In this document: in pieces, positions 23,085 to 34,520 of the stretch | Layout of the letters: each line of letters begins with the position of its first letter | Numbering within the stretch: position 1 is the stretch's first letter | Assembly: GCF_001194135.2 (NCBI RefSeq) | Contig: NC_068986.1 | Span: 27,643,547-27,682,620, forward strand | Length of the DNA: 39,074 nucleotides | From: Octopus bimaculoides | Taxonomy: Eukaryota | Direction: 5' to 3' | The notes under the pieces: model-generated | What the model was told of the DNA's origin: nothing | The model's input: the letters and a program-made list of their open reading frames with translations, nothing else | Databases searched by the model: none | Program-made: the position numbers and the translations under genes

Positions 23085-23291
23085 TTGCCAGTACCGCCTG
23101 ACTGGCCTTCGTGCGGGTGACACGTAAAAGCACCCACTACACTCTCTGAGTGGTTGGCGTTAGGAAGGGCATCCAGCTGTAGAAACTCTGCCAAATCAGA
23201 TTGGAGCCTGGTGTAGCCATCTGGTTTCACCAGTCCTCAGTCAAATCATCCAACCCATGCTAGTATGGAAAGCGGACGTTAAACGACGATG
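23085..23291 (+). mobile_element. Family B SINE/LINE-tail repeat, 5' truncated
   Basis: High similarity to 11290-11465 and to the reverse complement of 30758-30929. Ends ggaaagcggacgttaaacgacgatg. Confidence 0.85.
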
Positions 23292-23516
23292 TACAGCCCA
23301 TGATTGCAGTGGATGGTGATTACACGCTGGCTCAGAATCTTAGGCCTCAAGTCTACTCTTGCACTGCGTAGAAGCTAGAAACTGTGGGGTTAACAACTTC
23401 AAAAATGAAACAATCTCTTTCTAATATGACAACCAAGTAGCACATGTGAATTAGTAGTGATGAAAAAAATGATTGCAGTGGAAAATGGCAGTCTTCTACA
23501 AAACAAAATAAGTTAC

Positions 23517-23539
23517 CTGTCATTGCTATTCAAAAACAG
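23517..23539 (-). CDS. Candidate 23-nt microexon (LFLNSND)
   Basis: Acceptor aaatttctttcCAG and donor CAG|GTAACT. Only one of three frames is open. Confidence 0.25.
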
Positions 23540-24017
23540 CTGGAAAGAAATTTGAGGCATCTCACCGCTTTCTATCATTACTCACTGCTTTTCCTTGCTC
23601 CAGGTTTGAATTCTCATGACTTTTGACTCTGAGGCTTGGTAAATCTGCATGCATTCATGTATACATGCATGCATAAAAAGCAAGACAGTCGACTGCAATA
23701 ATGCATTAAATATGCTCCTTGTCTTGGTTTGAAACTGTGATGTCTAATTTTCCACCATATTTAGCTGCTATTACAAAGCTATTTTTCTATTCCAACCTAG
23801 GGCCCACATTTTCATTATCCAAAATCCAGTTGCTGTTTATCTCCTATCAGGTGGTGTCCAGCCCACCCCCATGTGCCTAAAACGGCAACTCAAGAACCAC
23901 TGTGACTTAGAAATGGAATAAAAATACAGCCTCGTAGTGGGTTGGTGAGGGGTGTTTTATTTGTTTGCATTATTGCCATAGTGAAAGGGTTATAAATGAA
24001 TATTGATGATCACTGTA

Positions 24018-24108
24018 ACAGCAGCAACAACAACAACAACAACAACAGCAGCAGCAACAGTGATGACGACAGCAGCAGCAGCAGTGATGACGACAGCAGC
24101 AGCAGCAG
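24018..24108. repeat. (CAG/CAA)n tract with exact 24-bp tandem duplication
   Basis: cagtgatgacgacagcagcagcag at 24058-24081 and 24082-24105. Confidence 0.9.
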
Positions 24109-24369
24109 TAACTCATTACTTGATCAATTACTGATGGTTTGATAGAATTAATTTCATTATTATTAGAAACCGTTCTGTAAAAATAAAGATAATTCGAAAG
24201 ATTAAATTATATTGAACTAATTTTCATATCCTTATATTGACAGAAGAGTAAAATATTTATCTTGATTCAATCTAATATAACTGATTAAGAGATTTTAAGA
24301 GTGAGTGTTTGTATGTATGTGCGCATGTGTGTTTGCCAGCATGCATAAATGCATGTATGTGTTTATATA

Positions 24370-24412
<43 letters not shown>

Positions 24413-24738
24413 CTGTGTATGTCGTCTTTGTGTATGTATGTGATGTTTATATTTAACTTGTAACTCTGATCTCTTCTGTTGACTTACTTGCCCGATGTTT
24501 TTTTTTTAATTTATTTTCTATTTTCGTTTTATTATTTTTATTTTTACTCACATTCATTCTTTCTCTCCTTCTCCTTCTCTTTCCAAACATCTTTAATTGA
24601 TAAAAGATTAATTTTTCATCTTTATCGAAGATTCCATAATATACAGCCATCTGCATACAAATTAAGCCCGCCCACCTCCACCACCACTTCACCCTTCCTT
24701 CCCTCTTTCNNNNNNNNNNNNNNNNNNNNNNNNNNNNN

Positions 24739-24807
<69 letters not shown>

Positions 24808-25683
24808 ACTTTCATTCTTTCTAATATAAAATGGTTCCTTCTTCTGTCGCCTTCATAGAATTCAACCAAAGAAGCAGCATGCACACCTAGAAGACAAATT
24901 TTAATCTCTAATGCCAATTAAGAATATTCTGCTAAGGCAGCAAGACGGAAGAATGTGTGAAATGTAAATGATAAAAGCGGGGAGCTGTTTGAGTGTGAAA
25001 TGAAAATGGCAAGTTAAGGGGCTGTGTTTCATTAAGGAAAGGACTAGCGGAAGAAGATGATGTGTGTGTGTGTGTGTCGGGGATAGGTAAATTGTGGAGG
25101 AATTGCGTTAAGTTAGAGAGCATTGGTGTGAAGCTATTTCATCTGGGAATTGAAGTTGTTGTTTAGTAACAATGAAGCCGTGATTGAGCAGTCCTTTGAT
25201 CAAAGGTGTTCTAACCATGACCACCCTGTCTTTTCTTATCATCTTCTGACATCTTGTAACTAGGATTACATTATCCATTGTGTCCTTGTTATCAAAAAAA
25301 ATTTTTTTCCAGACATATTAGAGTGTGATCTATGGGTGACTTGACTATTATTTCTAGAAGGTTTAGTTACCTCATAAGGGTTCCTTTGTTGGGTCAGGTA
25401 GTGATGGTGGTTTCTCAAGTAGTGATGGTGGTGGTTTCTTTTATCTATCACCAAGGCCACTAAGTTTTAAACAGAATTACAAACCTTAAGTACATGCTCG
25501 TTAGTAAACGATTATTCTTAATTGAGATCTTGTTTGCAGTCATTGATCCCTTTTAAGCTTATATTTTTCTTTGAGACACTGTCTGGTATTGTGTCTTGGA
25601 CTTTAAATAGTCTTTCCATTACTTCTTGACTCTTTGTCTTATGGTACATCTCTGACTTCAAACTTATAATATCAAACCATAAA

Positions 25684-25903
25684 CCTTTTGATATCAACTT
25701 GTCTGAGACTACTTCTGTTTCTATGATTTGAAGTTCATGCTTTAAAATGAATTAAAGTAAACCCTTTCTTGTTAATTTATGTTAATTTATGTTCCATATA
25801 CTGGCTTAATATTGACAAAATTATTTAAACAAAGTATTCATTATTTTAAAACTCAGTTGAAATAAAGTCAAAGTATTTCAACAAAAATATGGTTACAAAA
25901 GGG
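25684..25903. mobile_element. piggyBac-type MITE (family M1), reverse orientation
   Basis: CCTTTTGATATCA ... TGGTTACAAAAGGG followed by TTAA at 25904-25907. The interior is the reverse complement of the 30584-30986 interior. Confidence 0.75.
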
Positions 25904-26628
25904 TTAAATTTATACACACAAATTGAAGTTTTTTTTTGTTGTACGACAGTTAACTTCTCTGATAAAAACTTTGCCTCAAATTAATATACTTGTCCCTGAC
26001 TGACCTGACACTTATATCACTGAGCAATGTGATTACTAATTACTAGTGATAAAGGTGGGAGCAGAGCCTATTGTACCCACCAGGCCCCCAAAACAAAGAC
26101 CCCCCCCACCTGTGATAAGCAAAAGGGGGCTATATTTTTTTTTCGTAGGCTGTAGTTTGTAATAGCTTAAACGAAGGTAGACAGTGGAAGCTCAGCAATT
26201 TAACCCCTTAGCTACCACCACTTTGCTGCATCTTTTCTTCTGAAGCTGTAAAACTGAACTCAATGTCAGTAACTTCCTTTGAGTAGGTTTATTAGGTAGG
26301 AAAATTTCCAGACACTGCCTCTCTCTCTCTGTCTGTCTCTCTCTGCCTCTCTCTCTCTCTCTTCTGATTATCATAAGTTCTACAATAAAAAGTTGTTGAG
26401 GAAACATCCAATTGCACTCCTCTGTAATGGGGGCCTTACATACTTAAAAACCAGCATTCAGTGTTAGGTTACAGGTTCATTCATTCCTTCCTTCCTTCCT
26501 TTTTTATTTTTGTCATGCTGATTTGCTTTCCTTTCATTTCTTTTTTTTTTCTTTTTCTGTTTTCATCGTCTCTGTCTCTTTCTCTATTTTTATTTATTCT
26601 CCTACCATTTTTATACTCGTATCTTTGT

Positions 26629-26665
<37 letters not shown>

Positions 26666-27232
26666 TTTTATTTTCTACATTCTTTTCCCCCCTCCCCCTC
26701 TTCCTCCAATCATTGCCATTTTCTTTTATGCTTCCTTGTTTNNNNNNNNNNNNNNNNNNNNNNNNNNNNNNNNNNNNNNNNNNNNNNNNNNNNNNNNNNN
26801 NNNNNNNNNNNNNNNNNNNNNNNNNNNNNNNNNNNNNNNNNNNNNNNNNNNNNNNNNNNNNNNNNNNNNNNNNNNNNNNNNNNNNNNNNNNNNNNNNNNN
26901 NNNNNNNNNNNNNNNNNNNNNNNNNNNNNNNNNNNNNNNNNNNNNNNNNNNNNNNNNNNNNNNNNNNNNNNNNNNNNNNNNNNNNNNNNNNNNNNNNNNN
27001 NNNNNNNNNNNNNNNNNNNNNNNNNNNNNNNNNNNNNNNNNNNNNNNNNNNNNNNNNNNNNNNNNNNNNNNNNNNNNNNNNNNNNNNNNNNNNNNNNNNN
27101 NNNNNNNNNNNNNNNNNNNNNNNATATATATATATATATAGTATCTATCCATCTATCATTTTTCTCTGGTTTTTATTTTTGTATTTCTGTTTCATTTCTG
27201 ATTTATCTTTCTGACTTTCATGTCTTTTTTGC

Positions 27233-27290
<58 letters not shown>

Positions 27291-28229
27291 CATATACACA
27301 CATACACATAGACGTACACACATAAATACATATATATACACACACACACACTCATGCACATATATATATACATACATACATACTCCTAACTATGTCTCTA
27401 TCTGTCTATCTTTTTCACTTCACCCACGTTCCAAATCTTATTGTATGGCAAGCACCATAATGATTGGTATCTATGCAGCTAGTTCAGAAGTCACAAATCA
27501 TCGATCACAAAGGCTGCACACGCAGACAAATAATTGTGTGCTTTTCAGCGGTTCCGCTTTTTGCAGAGAATACCTAATGAGACATTTAAGGTTTGGTTAT
27601 GCATATTGAATCTATACACTCTGAAACTGCGATGTATGTGAACACCAATAGAGAGAATGAGGGAACAATGCAGCGAGAAAAGAGAGAGAGAGAGAGAGGG
27701 AGAGAGGGAGGTCCTATCTATTTTCAGTTCATTACATATGCATGTATTTATAAAACCCTGTGTAGGTATATGTGTGCTGTGTGTATGCATGCGTGTTTGT
27801 GTGTGTGTAGGTATATGTGTGATGTGTGTGCTGCAGAGAATGTGTGTATGTCTAATGTTTGATGTATATTTATATAACATACTTTTGCGTCATGTTTCTA
27901 TGTGCATGTGACAATTTGTCTTTTGTTTGTGTGTGTGTGTGTGTATGTATACACATGTGCATGCATATATTCTATTGCAATGTCAGCCATTTTTTTCTTC
28001 ATAAATTACCATGTGTACAGATCTTACATGCCATCAGCTTATATGCATTTGTGTGTGTGTGTGAATATATTTGTATGTATGTATGTATGTACACACACAC
28101 AGACACATGTGCAAGTGTATGTTTATACGTACATACTAAATGTACACACACACTCACATACACACACTAGACAAAATGTAATTATTAGTTTGATGCTTGC
28201 TGAGGGATTAAAAAAAAAGAAGTGCCTTT

Positions 28230-28257
28230 GACGTTTCGAGCTTCAGCTCCTCTTCAG
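28230..28257 (-). ncRNA. Minimal type I hammerhead ribozyme-like motif (Penelope-type), probably decayed
   Basis: The minus strand reads CTGAAGA-G-GAGC-TGAA-GCTC-GAA-ACGT-C. This gives the CUGANGA and GAAA core, a perfect 4-bp helix II, a palindromic ACGU helix III and a GUC site. Helix I is only 3 of 4 bp, with a mismatch at the first pair. Confidence 0.6.
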
Positions 28258-28393
28258 TAAGTTAGAAAGAAAGAAGGAAGGAAGGTGTGTGGAAAAAAGG
28301 AAACAAAATACATGTTCCTGTATGTATAAATATGTGGTTGTGCATATGTGTCTGTATATGTATGTACATACATCTGTCTGTTTGCCTGTCTAT

Positions 28394-28442
<49 letters not shown>
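28394..28442. repeat. (TAC)n microsatellite
   Basis: Direct reading. Confidence 0.97.
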
Positions 28443-29482
28443 ACACACACGTGTGCAGTCTCTTGTGTATTGTGTGTTAAGGTCAGAAGCTCTTTAATGT
28501 AAAATAAATAAAATAAAAAACTCGATGCCAACAAAAAAAAAATGGAAAAAAAAACAAAGCAAAACAACATTAAAAAAAACATATCTCACTTCACTGATAT
28601 GTATTTACTATGATAATAATAGTCTTTTGCTGATTTAACTCTTGTATTCTTATGAATAATAAATAAATTCAGCAAAATGGCTCTAACTACTTTGTCTTCC
28701 CCTTCTCTCTCTCTCTCTTTCAAATCCTATAGAAACAAAAAAGAAAAAGCAGCAACAACAACAATAATGATAATAATAATATAAATTCAATGAAAACAAC
28801 AACAACAACAACGACTACGAACAATATTGTTTTTATTGTCATTCATTTTATTGGCCTTGTGCTTGTGCAAGAAAATACCATCATCATTATTATTGTCCAT
28901 ACTACTACTACTACTACTACTGCTGCTACTGCTGCTGCTGTCATTATTATTACTGTCATTATTACTTAGTAACTAACATTTTATCATACCATCATCTTGG
29001 TATTGTTTGGCTGATTCATTTTTTTTCTTTCTTCTTCTTTTACTTTATAGACCACTTGATGGTGGCGGTGGTGGTAGTGGTGGCAGCACTGGCTGTCGTA
29101 GTCGTGGTGATGGAGGTCTAGCTGGAAAAGAGAGAGAGAGAGAGAGTGAGCGAGAGAGAGAGAGAGAGAGTGGATGTTCTTTGTAGTGATAAAGAAGGCG
29201 GAGAAAGCTTTTATCATTTCCTTTCCCATCTTGATGCAAGAAGTTCATTTTTAATACCTGTTCATTTGACCATAAGCTTCTTATTGTTAAGGTGCCTCTG
29301 TGTGTGTGTGTGTGGGTGTGTGTGTGTGTCTGTGTGTGTGTGTGTGTGTGGTTCCTGGTTAATGTGAGGTCTTAAAAACATTAGGCAACTAGTCTTCCAA
29401 CAGATGTTACAGTTTAATGTCACTAATTATACAGGTTGCTGGGTTGGAATGTGTGCAATCAAAGGTGTCACGTATATGTGTT

Positions 29483-29522
<40 letters not shown>

Positions 29523-29661
29523 CAAGTGTGTGTAATCATGTGATCTTTGTTGACACACACATATAAGCATACATACAAACACATGCACAGACACATACAA
29601 ACATACTCATGCATACAGTGTCACACATGGACATGCAAAAAAAAATTTTGCTTTGTGTGTG

Positions 29662-29707
<46 letters not shown>

Positions 29708-29932
29708 CATATTGAAATGTGTGCATACATGTATTCACGCACACATACTACTCTTCACATAACCACAGATGGGTGTGTGTGTGTGTGTGTGTGCGTGTGT
29801 GTTTGGTTGAAATATTAAGACCATTTAGTTCTGCTCTATGCTGGCAGTAGGTACTGTTATATTTAATGTATGCTTGTAAATTCCTTTTGGTTCCACCAGC
29901 TTCTCATCTTCTGCAGTAAATATATCATATAC

Positions 29933-29980
29933 CTGCTGGATGCTATTAGATTGCAATAAAATAGTCTCATACCTGTAGCT
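29933..29980 (-). CDS. Candidate small exon (8-nt AGCTACAG or 48-nt SYRYETILLQSNSIQQ)
   Basis: About 35-nt U-rich tract ending CCACAG (plus-strand 29981-30020). Donors are CAG|GTATGA at 29972/29973 and CAG|GTATAT at 29932/29933. Confidence 0.25.
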
Positions 29981-30092
29981 CTGTGGAAAAAAAACAACAA
30001 AAAAAAAACAAAAAACAAAACGTATGTGTGTATGGTAGCATCTGTATGTTATTGTTTGTGTATATGTATGTATATGTGCATGTGTGTGTGTG

Positions 30093-30235
30093 TGTGTGGC
30101 AAATAGCTTGGTTACCAACCATATGGTTCTGGATTCAGTCCCACTGTGTGGCACCTTGGGCAAGTGTCTTCTGTTATAGCGTCGGGCTGTCCAAAGCCTT
30201 GGGAGTAGATTTGGTAGATGGAAAGTGAAAGAAGC

Positions 30236-30278
<43 letters not shown>

Positions 30279-30288
30279 ACACACACAC
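30093..30288 (+). mobile_element. Family A SINE 5' half plus (TA)n/(CA)n
   Basis: tagcttggttaccaaccatatggttctggattcagtcccactgtgtggcaccttgggcaagtgtctt...gaaagaagcccatc then (TA)n. Confidence 0.88.
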
Positions 30289-30583
30289 AAAATAGTGCCC
30301 ACTGGATCATAGCTCCTTTATTCAATCAGGGAACAACCTGGGGTTAACAATAGCTAATTTTTATACCTTACACCTTTGCATGTTGTCCAGTGGATAAAAT
30401 ATTCTTATGCTTATTTGAATGATCTCTTTTGGCCCAGTTTGTGCACTATTAAGGCATGCCTTATAGAAGAGAATTTTCTAAGAGCAGAATCTATGGCTCT
30501 CTTTCAGTTTTGGGTTGAAATAACTCTGCATACAGTAGCAAAGATTTTGGGAAGTATAATTCTTAACATTTTGCTTTCCTTAA

Positions 30584-30986
30584 CCCTTTTGTTATCATGT
30601 TTCTGTTGATTTACGCTGCTTGTGTTTCAATTAATTTTGAAAATGAGTAAAGAATTCAGTAAATATAACTGTTGTTATTAAGCTGGTACTTGGAACATAA
30701 ATCAACATGGAATTTTTTATGAAAGTTTTTAATTTAGATCACTTTAAAAACAGAAAATCATCATCATCATCATCATCATCGTTTAACATCCGCTTCCCAT
30801 GCTGGCATGGGTTGGACGATTTGAGTGAGGACTGGTGGACCAGAAGGCTGCACCAGGCTCCAATCTGATCTGGCAGAGTTTCTTGCGGCTGGATGCCCTT
30901 CCTAACGCCAACCACTCCAAGAGTGTAGTATTATTATGTGTATTATAAAACTCTGGGTGATTTTGAGTAGGTTGGTGTCAAAAGGG
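30584..30986. mobile_element. piggyBac-type MITE (family M1) containing a nested family B insertion
   Basis: TTAA at 30580-30583 and 30987-30990. Perfect terminal CCCTTTTG/CAAAAGGG. Confidence 0.85.
30758..30929 (-). mobile_element. Family B repeat with (ATG)n tail nested in MITE
   Basis: (CAT)n then gtttaacatccgcttcccatgctggcatgggttgg...ggatgcccttcctaacgccaaccact, the reverse complement of family B. Confidence 0.9.
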
Positions 30987-31048
30987 TTAAATCTCTTGTG
31001 TCGTATCTTTGAGAAAGGAATTAAAGTCGCAGTTTCCATTTATTTTAA

Positions 31049-31190
31049 CCCTATATTTCAGTTAGTTTTGAAAATAATGAAGAATTGACAAAAATAACTA
31101 GTATTTAGCTGGTGTTTGGAGAACATAAATTAACACGAAATTTTGACAAAAGGTTTTGATTTGGATGACTTTGAAACAGGAAGTATAACA
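31049..31190. mobile_element. Family M1 MITE, deleted copy
   Basis: TTAA+CCC start, with an interior matching 30630-30757 (ttttgaaaataatgaagaa...agctggt...gaacataaat...aaacaggaag). Confidence 0.65.
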
Positions 31191-31217
31191 TTGAAAGCCC
31201 TTTAAATCTTATCGAGG

Positions 31218-31437
31218 ACATGACACATCTCTAGTGCTGGTGCTACACAAAATACACACATTACATTCTATATCATGCTTTGTATTAGGAAGGGTCGTCC
31301 AGTCATTAGCAATCAAGCCAAAAATGAAATGTGAGTGAGTCAAAGTCTTTGACCCATCTCTGAATACATGCTGATACCAGCCATGATGGCCTGTCCAATC
31401 CATGCCAGCACGGAAAGTGGATGTAAAAATGATGATG
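31218..31437 (+). mobile_element. Degenerate family B-related repeat
   Basis: taggaagggtcgtccag...gccaaaa...ccaatccatgccagcacggaaagtggatgtaaaaatgatgatg. Confidence 0.7.
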
Positions 31438-31934
31438 AAGGTGGCAGTGACAGTGTCTGTGAGGCACTGGAATTTATAGCTGAAAGGCAGCAAGCTTTTT
31501 GTTCTGTTACTCTTCTTAACTTCATGTCTAAATCAACCACAAGTAATCTGAAATCTTCATGCAGAAAGTTTTAAGAGATATAACATTTACCGAATTAACT
31601 TTAGACTTCTGGTGTGAAGATTTCTTTCTTACTTCTCCATCCCAGATGTCTGAAAACCAATTGAATCACTACTAATTTAATAATATTTACATTGCCATGC
31701 GTGATGCAATGGTCAGTTCTTTGTCAATGGAATCTGGTTCCAGGCCTCAGTTTGAATGGCTTCCTGTTGTTCAAAAGTGTCATTAAATAAAAGTAGCATG
31801 AATGTCCAATGTGTGACTGCTCCAGCTTTTAATAATAACAACATGAACTTCACAAATTCCATTGTCTCTTCTTTTATACATGATAGGCAATATATCTATG
31901 TATGGAACCATTCTTGTTGTTGCTGTTATTCTTG

Positions 31935-32110
31935 TTAATTAGCCCCAGGTCACCTCTGGTCAAGCTGATCTTTTGATTAAAGGCATGCCATATATGACCA
32001 TCCCATCTTTATTTTCAGGCATAATATAATCCACACTACACTATCTGATGTGTCCTGTTTTAAGACAGTAGAATGTGATGTGAAGGAGATTTGGTTGCTA
32101 TTTCCATTAA
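31935..32110. repeat. Unclassified dispersed repeat (family E); other pieces at ~10340-10390, 11651-11730, 14790-14840, 25185-25235, 30303-30360, 35415-35635
   Basis: Recurring motifs cc(a/t)accatg(a/g)c(c/t)a(t/c)cctgtc, ggagatttggttgctatttc and ccccaggt occur in both orientations. Confidence 0.6.
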
Positions 32111-32324
32111 GAGGAGCCTTAATATAAAATCATTTTTGAAGGTAATTTCTTGCATCTTTGGAGGATGTGCACAATAGTGGGTAGTACCCATGCACACTGG
32201 CTATCATATCAGTGTGTTTACCAAACCCAGAAGCCATATCCAAAGACCAGGCAGTCTGATGCTGAAGTACTGCATGTTGGTCCTTCTAGGAGCTGTTCCT
32301 CGAAACCAAGTTAAATTCAGTTAC

Positions 32325-32398
32325 CAAAAGCAAGATTTGAACATACAACCCATGAGCAGGTAGCCCAGTGCCTTATCCACTCAACCACATTGCTTCTG
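32325..32398 (-). mobile_element. Isolated tRNA-like SINE head
   Basis: The minus strand reads GCAATGTGGTTGAGTGGATAAGGCACTGGGCT...ATGGGTTGTATGTTCAAATCTTGC (A- and B-box-like). Confidence 0.55.
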
Positions 32399-32399
32399 G

Positions 32400-32950
32400 T
32401 TTGCTTTTCATCCATCTGGGATGGAATGAGGGTTAATCAAATAAATACCAGTGACGTACTGGGTGTGGCTTAATCAACACTGTGCATCGTCCTTCATAAA
32501 ATGTCTGACTGTGTGCCATTGGATGGCAGAGAATTGATAGAATTGCGAAAGCGTTAGACAAAATGGCTTGCAGCCTGTGTTCTGGCTTTCTACGTTTCAG
32601 AGGTCAACTTTGCCTTTCATCCCTTTGGAATGAAGTGCCAATCAAGACCTGGGGTGAGTTTAATCAACTAACCTGAAGATTGCTGGCGTTGACTCTAAAT
32701 TAGAAATTATTATTCTTTGATAGAATTGTTAGAGCATTTTGGAAAAAAATGTTTTGTGGTATTTCTTCAACTGGTTTCTGTCCTGAGTGCAAATATTGCC
32801 GGGAGTCGACTTCACCTTTCATCCCTCTGGTGTCGTTAAAATAAGGTACCAGTCAAGTACTGGGGGCCGATGTACTAAGTAACCTCCTCCCTCTAACCTT
32901 GCTGGCCTTGAGCTAAAATTTTGAGATTATTATTATTATTATTATTATTT
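32400..32950 (+). mobile_element. Three consecutive family C SINE copies
   Basis: cttt(t)catcc...taccagt...tactggg occurs near 32403, 32610 and 32812. The last two copies end in (ATT)n. Confidence 0.75.
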
Positions 32951-33605
32951 TCTTTATTTGTATCATTATACTTCCTCCTCCTCCTCCTCCTCCTCCTCCA
33001 CCACATTATCATTATCATCATCATCATCATATCTAAATACTGAAGTGATTATTCCTTTTAATGACCCCTAGTTGAAAATGAAAGGGAAAGTCTGTGAAAA
33101 TAAAATTAAAAATTAAGTCCACCTCTTTCTTTCAATCTCTTTTTCTTTCTTCCTTTCTTTCTCTCTCTCTCATTCTATCTATCTGCCTGTCTATCTCCCT
33201 CCTTTCCCACCACATATTGATTTGCATTGGCCACTGTTGTGTGGCTTGGTCTGGTCTGGTCTGGTCTGGTCTGGTGTATTAACTTAGTGTGGTTGTACTG
33301 TGAGCTGGTAATGGTGGTGGTGGTGATGGTAGGCAGTATGCAAGGAATAGTACANNNNNNNNNNTGTGATCGGGGTCTGGCCAGAATAGACGGGGCTATT
33401 GTTGTGTGGTTAGGTCATTTTAACTGTTTATTGGCAGTAATAGCAATTAGGCTGAGAGCAGGCAGTAATCAATGACAGTCAAGTCTGGCAGAAGATCATT
33501 TACTCTGCTTCTTTCTCTCCTGACTACTTCCAGCATTGATTTGTGAACATCTGTTTAATCACATGAAAGTAGGATTCAATGTGGACTTGACAGTATGTCT
33601 GATAT

Positions 33606-33635
33606 ATGTGTATGAACACACACAAACACATGCGA

Positions 33636-33675
<40 letters not shown>

Positions 33676-33701
33676 ATATATATATNNNNNNNNNNTGTGT
33701 G

Positions 33702-33739
<38 letters not shown>

Positions 33740-33753
33740 TATGTACACACGTT

Positions 33754-33804
<51 letters not shown>

Positions 33805-33875
33805 GTATGTATATGCATGTTTGTGTGTGTGTGTCTCTCTATATATATAAATACACATACATATATATACACACG

Positions 33876-33931
<56 letters not shown>

Positions 33932-33979
33932 TGTATGCATATGTGTATATATATGTATGTGTGTGTGTGTGTGTGTGTT

Positions 33980-34014
<35 letters not shown>

Positions 34015-34252
34015 GTAGGCACACATACACACACACAATGTATGTACATATATACACACAAATTGTATTTGTATATTTGTGTGTGTTTATGTGTGTGTGT
34101 GTATGTATATATGGTATACACAAATGTGAGCATGCATATCATATATAGATATGTCTGTACGTGTGTGCGCACGTGTGTTTGTATACACGTATGCTCTAGT
34201 GCACATTCATATATATATATATACATGTATAAATGGTATGCACACACACATG

Positions 34253-34310
<58 letters not shown>

Positions 34311-34520
34311 TAAACGTGTACATGCACACATATTTTCATACACACACAACATATGTCTGTGTTCATCCAAATATATGCATGCATCTGCCTGTTTATATAC
34401 AGATATATGCCTGTATATACCTGCATGCATGCACATGTGTGCCATCAGTCTTATATGCATGTGTGGGCACACAGACACAGTCAAGTGCACACATGCACAC
34501 ACATACAGCCACACACAATA
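33606..34520. repeat. Long compound TA/TG/TATG/CA low-complexity tract
   Basis: Direct reading. Confidence 0.92.

Larger units (their letters stand above)
841..33695. other. Assembly gaps: 841-1471, 2803-3562, 5377-6095, 6989-6998, 7529-8266, 13219-13228, 13733-14271, 15009-15783, 20713-21533, 24710-24738, 26742-27123, 33355-33364, 33686-33695
   Basis: Runs of N, mostly bordered by microsatellites. Confidence 1.

Noticed and set aside
23604-23638. Plus-strand 35-nt exon with strong acceptor
   Set aside because: Stop codons in all three frames; at best non-coding.
23996-24142. 48-aa Asn/Ser/Asp-rich ORF
   Set aside because: Open only because of CAG/CAA/GAC triplet repeats; no splice or homology support.
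553-27311. Long ORFs (250-615 aa) in the supplied track
   Set aside because: Almost all span N-gaps (X runs) and owe their length to unknown bases; e.g. 4343-6190 is low-complexity pyrimidine sequence plus a gap.
21720-29980. Resemblance of LQLFLNSNDRLQDRWKTKQIKLF to the APC10/DOC strand [23 protein letters not shown]
   Set aside because: It depends on a hypothetical three-exon join and lacks the conserved NGRDTH motif; too weak to name a gene.
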